Positions 54,326-64,000 of a DNA stretch of 64,000 nucleotides are shown here, one piece after another; within the stretch, counting starts at the first letter, position 1, and every line of letters begins with the position of its first letter. Source of the DNA: the human T2T-CHM13v2.0 reference genome, Homo sapiens; NCBI RefSeq assembly GCF_009914755.1, contig NC_060925.1, one strand, 5' to 3'. Made by a program: the position numbers and the translations under genes. A model generated the notes under the pieces. It did no database searches. It was not told where the DNA came from and worked only from the letters and a program-made list of their open reading frames with translations.

Positions 54326-56176
54326 AAGTGAACACCCCACATTTCCTTGGGGCCTCCTCTTCAGCAAGCTCCCTAGCATGATGAGAAGCCCTCCAAGGGT
54401 CTGCTGGACCCATTTCTCCATCTTCTATCAGCTCGAGCTCCCTTGAGTGGCTTGGATAGGGGGCACTGGTGAACTTGTGAGGAGAGCAGCTTACGGCCTG
54501 CGGTAGGGGACGGCAGAGAGTGAGGCATGAAGGCAAGCAGGAGAGGAGAGTGCTGGCGTTCCTGGGAGGTGGGGCGGAGACACTGGGAACCCCAGGCTGG
54601 GTGTCAGATTCCCAAGATGTGGTGGTTTTGTATTTACATCCCTGTGTGGGCAGGTGGCCAGGGGGCCAGGGACTCAGGCAGTGAAGCCTCAGGCTGACTG
54701 TCACAGGTGCAACACTGGCAAGAGGGGGCTGGTAGCTGGTTTTTCCAAGGGCTCAAGGGCACCATGGACTATCCAGAGGTTTTGTGCTCTTTCTTGTGAC
54801 AAAGTGTCTAAGGCCTCCAGGCTGCCCAAGCCTCAGGTCAGCAAAGGTAAGAGAGGGTGTGGGGTGTGCGGTGTGGAAAGGCCTGCTCCTATCAGATGAG
54901 GATGCTTCTCCTGTCGAGAGGGCTTGTGTGTAACTGGGGCCATGGACCTGCCCAGAGATGAGTGACCAGCACTGCTCTTCAAGCAGTTAAAGCAGCCTGC
55001 TCTCCCCAGCAGAAATGAACACGAAACAGCCAGACATCAGACCCTGCACTACCTCCTGTCTCCAGGATATCCCAAGAGGCTCCTGGGGCATCACCTCTGG
55101 CCTCAATAATGGAGTTGAATTTTGAATGTTTTTCCGTTGTCTTTATCTTTTCTCATGCTGGAAATATAATCTGTTCATACTATGTGGTAAAAATGAGGGA
55201 AAAGATTATGTCGACCACAATGACTACCACAGTGGAAAAGAGCACGGTGTCTGACTTGTAGTTGTTGCTCAATAAATATTTATTGAATGGCTGAATAAAG
55301 CTCATATAGGGAAAAAGACTTGAAGGAAAAAAGTCCCTCTAAAACGTTGTTATAGGCTGGTGGTAGGATTAGTGGTGATTTTTTATATTTTCTCTAGCCT
55401 CTGGAGTTTTGTATTGTGGTAATAAGGTTATTATAATAACAGGTAATTATGACCAAAAGAAAATTAGAGCCAAAATTAAGTGGTCATTTTCATATGAAGC
55501 ACACCCCTGCTTGCAGCATCAGCAGTTCAGCTGTGGGAACCAAGGCCTGTTGAGGGGACACATTTTTACATCTATTTTAGGTCATCTATTTCCACCTCTG
55601 CTCTTCCTCTTCGAAAAGAAGGAAATCTATCTCTACTCCAAGTGAACACATGCTGACCTTCTTCCTCCCTGAGCTAATTAGTGCCTCGTCTAAAATCCTG
55701 CTGAGATTCTAGAGAGACAAGGTTTTATAGTAGTTAAGGGGCTTTAGGATAGACACATCATCTGGGTTCCTTATAATGTACTGTTAATTCTGAAAAAAAT
55801 TTCTTCATGATATATATATATTCTTAAAAAAGCATTTTCTCCTGATTTTAACACTGCATTGCAACCTAGATAAAGTCGGCAGTAAGCAGTTGGTCCCTTT
55901 ACTGTGAACTAGCACAGTCCTAAAGATTGTTGTCTAACCAAGAACAGATTAGATTGGGGGAAACCTACTCCCAGGCCTCCCTGTTCTTTTATGAGGAATT
56001 GGTCCTAAAATATTTACCCATTATCTTCCAACCCCATAACCCCCCAGGCTAAAATGAAGCCTGCTAAGGGAGCTGTGGCCGTTTGGGGATTAGGCCAGAA
56101 GAGCTGGCTCCTGTGCTATCGGGTGACAAGATTCAGAGACAAGATAGAAGCACCTTCCTCATCTCCTGAGACCTAG

Positions 56177-56637
<461 letters not shown>

Positions 56638-56668
56638 TAAGATGCTTGAACTTTTGGGTAAAGAACAA

Positions 56669-57900
<1,232 letters not shown>

Positions 57901-59768
57901 GATAAATTAATTTTTGTTTTGCTTACAAAAATAATAACAACTTCTGAATGTTTATATGTTTTCGTTTTGCACAGGAAGCTTTGGCAATAGAAAATGTTGG
58001 TAGAAAAAGTAATTAAAGAAATAAATGTGGCAACTCTCACAGCTGTAAATCATTGATTTAGTCCCATTTGTCCCACCCCTTACCCCCAAAAAAAAGAAAG
58101 AAGAAAGAAAGAAAAGAGGGAGAGGGAGAAAGACAGAGAAAAAAGAAAAAGAAGGAAAGAAAGAGAGTTAGCCTTTTTGCCAGAAGATCGTTCCCTGTCA
58201 GTTTTCAAAAATCTTCCTCATGTCTCTTCTCACAGAACATTTCAGAGGTCTGGAAAATATTTGATTTGTAAAGACTGAGAGTAGACCAAGTAGAGCTTTT
58301 TAAAAATATCTTTCAAAATTGAATAACACCCTGTGCTGTTTTCATGATAAACATAATACTTGTTTATTCAAGAAAAATGAGAAAATATTGAAAAGCACAA
58401 AGGGAAAGAACCCCGGTGCCCAACTGCAACTGTGACTGACATTGGGTGTATTTTCCAGCAGTCTTTTTACTTTACCTGTGTCTCCTCACTTTTTTTTGAT
58501 GGAGATAATGATGGGGTGTATGTGCATTTGCACTCTGGGTCTTTCACATAACAGCAGCATTTGCTGAAGGCTCTCTGGGTGCAGGTACTGTCTACCACTG
58601 CTCAGGGCCTTTAAGCCAGGCTGACAGTCTCACATGTCCACTGGCTCATTATCCACCAGCAGCAGCAGCTACATAACCATGATTCAGTTTCCCTCTGTTT
58701 CCTTGGCACCACAACATGTGAAAACAGCTGGATGAATTTCATCCAGTTTGAAGGGTATTTGAAGGTGGTTTCACTTCAAATATGGGGTATATGGCAACAA
58801 TTTCACCATGGGAAGCTCAGGGTGGAGGGGAGCCTCGGTTTTTTATTTCCACCCAGAGGGGGACTGTGACACTTCATTCTGAAGATTTCCCTGAGTTCGG
58901 ACATTTACCTTATTTAAGGTTTGCTCTAATTTTATGGATGGGGAACCTTCTGGGTTCATTATATTTCCAGAAATCATCATTTTCCCCCAATGGGTGCACA
59001 TAAGAAATTATACCTTACTGGAACCCCTTTAAAGGCATTAATTCAATGTCGGGAAGGATTTTTTCAGAAGAAAACTTTTTTAAAGAGTCTAAAATGTTAG
59101 TCAGAATGGGAAAGATGCTTGAGGCCCAAAGAAGCGACATGCAATGAGATTTCTTAGGGCAGTTCACCAAGAGAGACACACTTTTCCAAGGCACCTGGGG
59201 AAGATGTCTGACTCGGGCATTTTGAAACACCCAAGTCGATGGGTGTTCATCCTCCACGGCAATGAAACTTAGGCACAAAGAGAGGCCCTTATGATGCCAG
59301 TTGGGAGATACAGATCATTGGATTAAGCTGTCAGGGACATACAAAACCAACAGTGGTTTCAAATATGAGGCTTAACCCAAAATTCCTCCTGGCAGATACT
59401 CCACAATATAACAATGAAGCTGTTTCTCACATGGCAACTCCACGGACTCTTCAGGGTGAGACGTGAAGATGTGTTTATACGTATCCCAACAACTAAAGTG
59501 TGTATACAGACACTTTTTTTTTATTTACTGAGCTGAAAATTATTAGAGGTCTCTTTGAATTATTATATCTCTGAACATTAATTTTCAAGTAGTTTCTATT
59601 AAACTTGATGATTCTTCTGAGCAATGATTGCTTGAAATTATAACAATGGCTATTTTTATGGAGTTAAAACACTCACTAATACTCAATTAGAAATATGCTA
59701 GATGCTGTCCTTAGTACACTACATGCTTGATTTCAAATAATCCCTACAGCAATTCCAGGAGATGGGTA

Positions 59769-59803
59769 TAGGCACACCTCATTTTATTAAGCTTCACTTT
59801 ATT
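59769..59803. mobile_element. Tigger1-like terminal fragment cut by the L1 insertion
   Basis: taggcacacctcattttattaagcttcactttatt resembles the Tigger1 end CAGGCATACCTCGTTTTATTGCGCTTCGCTTTATT. Confidence 0.6.
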
Positions 59804-60719
59804 TTTATTTTATTTTAAACATTTTTTATTGGTACACCGTAGGTGTATATACTTATGAGTTACGTGAAATGTTTTGATACAGGGATACAATGTGTAATTA
59901 TCACATCAGGGTAAATGGGATATCCATTACCTCAAGCATTTATCCTTTGTGTTACAAACAATCCAGTTAAACTCTTTTCATTATCTCAAAATGTACAATT
60001 AAATTATTTTTGACTATAGTCATCCTGTTGTGCTATCAAATACCAGATATTATTCATTCTATATTTTTGTACCCATTAATCCCCATTCTCCCCCTACCCT
60101 CTGCCACCCTCACTACCCCTCCCAGCCTATCATTCTACTCTCTATCTTCATGAGTTCAATGTTTTAATTTTTAGCGCCTACAAATAAGTGAGAACATGCA
60201 AAGTTTGTCTTTCTGTGCCTGGCTTATTTCACTTAAAATAATGATCTCCAGTTCAGCAATGTTGTTGCAAATGACGAGATCTCATTCTTTTTTATGGCTG
60301 AATAGTACTCCATTGTGTAGACATATCACATTTTCTTTACACATTCTTCTGTCAGTGGACACTTAGGTTGTTTACAAATCTTAGCTATTGTGAATAATGC
60401 TGCATTAAACACGAGGCTGCAGATATCACTTCGATATACTGATTTTCTTTCTTTGGGGGTATACACCTAGCAATAGGATTGCTGGGTCATTTGGTAGCTC
60501 TATTTTTAATTTTTCGAGGAACCTCCAAACTGTTCTCCATGGTAGTTGTTACATTCCCAAAACTGGATACAAGTGTCCCCTTTTCTCCACATCCTTGCCA
60601 GCACTTGTTATTGCCTGTCTTTTAAATAAAAGCCATTTTAACTGGAGTGAGATGATCTCATTGTAGTTTTGATTTGCATTTCTCTGATGATCAATGATTT
60701 TGAGACCCTTTTCATATAG

Positions 60720-61074
<355 letters not shown>

Positions 61075-61422
61075 TCTTTTGCCCTTTTATAAATCAGATT
61101 ATTAGATATTTTCCTACAGAGTTGTTTGAACTCCTTATATGTTCTGGTTATTAATCCCTTGTCCGATGAATAGTTGCAAATATTTTCCCCTATTCTGTGG
61201 GTTGTCTCTTTATTTTGTTGATTGTTTTCTTTGGCACACAGAAGATTTTTAACTTGATGTGATCCCATTTGTCCATTTTTGCTTTGGTTGCCTGTGCTTG
61301 CGGAGTATTACTCAAAAAATCTTTGCCCAGGTCAATGTCTTGGACAGTCTCCCCAGTGTTTTCTTGTAGTAGTTTGATAGTTTGAGGTCTTAGATTTAAG
61401 TCTTTAATCCACTTAGATTTGA

Positions 61423-61856
<434 letters not shown>

Positions 61857-63355
61857 TAGAAAATCAGTTCACTGTAGATGTATGGATTTGTTTCTGGGTT
61901 CTCTATTCAGTTCCATTGGTCTATGTTTTTGTTTTTATGTCAGTGTCATGCAGTTTTGGTTACTGTAGCTCTGTAGTATAATTTGAAGTCAGGTAATGTA
62001 ATTCCTCCAGTTTTGTTCTTTTTGCTCATGATAGCTTTGGCTATTCTGGGTCTTTCGTGGTTCCATATAAATTAAAGGACTTTTCTTATTTCTGTGAAGA
62101 ATTTTATTGGTATTTTGACAGGGGTTGCATGGATTTGAGTAGTATGGACATTTTAACAATATCAATTCTTCCAATCCATAAACATGGAATATTTTTCCAT
62201 TTTTTGTTTGCTCTTCAATTTCTTTCATCAATGTTTTATAGATTTCATTGTAGAGATCTTTCACTTCTTTAAGTTAATTCCTAGGTATTTAGTTTTATTT
62301 GTAGCTATTGCAAATGAAATTACTTTCTTAATTTCTTTTCAGATTGTTCACTGTTGACATATAGGAATGCTACTGATTTTTGCATGTCGATTTTGTATAC
62401 TGCAACTTTATTGAATTTGTTGATCAGTTCTAATAGTTTCTTTTGGAGTCATTAGGTTTTTCCAAATATAAGATCATATCGTCTACAAACAAGGATAATT
62501 TGACTTCTTCCTTTCCAGTTTGGATGCCCTTTATTTATTTATCTTGACTGATTGCTCTGGCTAGGAATTCCAGGACTATGCTGAATAAAAATGATGAAAG
62601 TGAGCATCCTTGTCATGTTCCAGATTTTAGAGGAAAGGCTTTCAGTTTTCTCCTATTCAGTATGATACTAGCTATGGGTCTGTTGTATATGGCTTTTATT
62701 ATGTTGAGGTTTTATATTCAGTTTTTTGAAGATTTTTATTGTGAAGGGATGTTCAGTTTTATCAAATGTTTTTTTCAGTATCAATTGAAATGATCATATA
62801 GTTTTTGTCCCTTATTCTGTTGATATGATGTGTCACTTTGATTGATTTGCCTATGTTGAACCATCCTTGCATCCCTGGAATAAATCCCATGTGGTCATTA
62901 TGAATGATCTTTTTAATGTCCTGTTGAATTCAGTTTGCTAGTGCTTTGTTGAGGATTTTTGTGTCAATGCTCATCAAAACTACAGGATATTGGTTTGTAG
63001 TTTTCTTTTTAAATTTGTCTTTTCTGGTTTTGATATGAAGACCTTGTAGCATGTGTTTGGAAGCATTCCCTCCTCCTCTGTTTTTCAGAATAGTTTGAGT
63101 AGAATTGGTATTAGTTCTTCTTTAAATATTTGGTAGAATTGAGCAGTGAAGCCATCAGGTCCCAGGCTTTTCTTTGCTGGGAGACTTTTTATTAGGGCTT
63201 CGATCTTGTTACTTGTTAGTAGTCTGTTCAGGTTTTGGATTTCTTCATGATTCAATCTTAGTAGGTTGTATGTGTCTAGGGATTTATCCATTTATTTTAG
63301 GTTTTCCCATTTATTGCCATATAGTCACTCATAGTGACCTCTAAAGATCCTTTGA

Positions 63356-63853
<498 letters not shown>

Positions 63854-64000
63854 CTGCTTTGATTTTTATTATTTCTTTTCTTCTACAAACGTCAGGTTTG
63901 GTTTGTTCTTGCTTTTCTACTTCTTTAAGATGCATCATTAGATTGCTTATTTGAAGTCTTTCTTTCTTTCTTTTCTTTCTTTCCTTCCTTCTTTCCTTCC

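Overview
Primate (almost certainly human) genomic DNA with no CpG island, densely tiled with interspersed repeats. These include about 30 Alu/FLAM copies, many MIR and L2 relics, MaLR/ERVL/ERV1 solo LTRs, one decayed two-LTR ERVL-class provirus (31.3-34.2 kb), hAT/mariner MITEs and a 4.2-kb minus-strand L1 at the right end. No full protein-coding gene is visible: nearly all supplied ORFs come from Alu, L1 or simple repeats. The only gene-like signal is a candidate minus-strand first exon/promoter at about 1.25-1.6 kb (strong-Kozak ATG, M-D-R-T, then a 5' splice donor). If real, the rest of the window is that gene's upstream region; I could not name the gene. I see no convincing novel protein-coding system. 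The best leads are non-coding: a CpG-rich run of five short palindromes inside a motif-dense enhancer candidate (24.15-24.5 kb), a 96-bp templated insertion scar (27.5 kb), a fold-back hairpin inside a hAT MITE (21.3 kb), a divergent CTCF-like pair (17.8 kb), DUX4-motif LTRs, and a STAT/NF-kB/AP-1 cluster (57.1-57.9 kb). Repeat subfamily names come from remembered consensus sequences and their boundaries are approximate.
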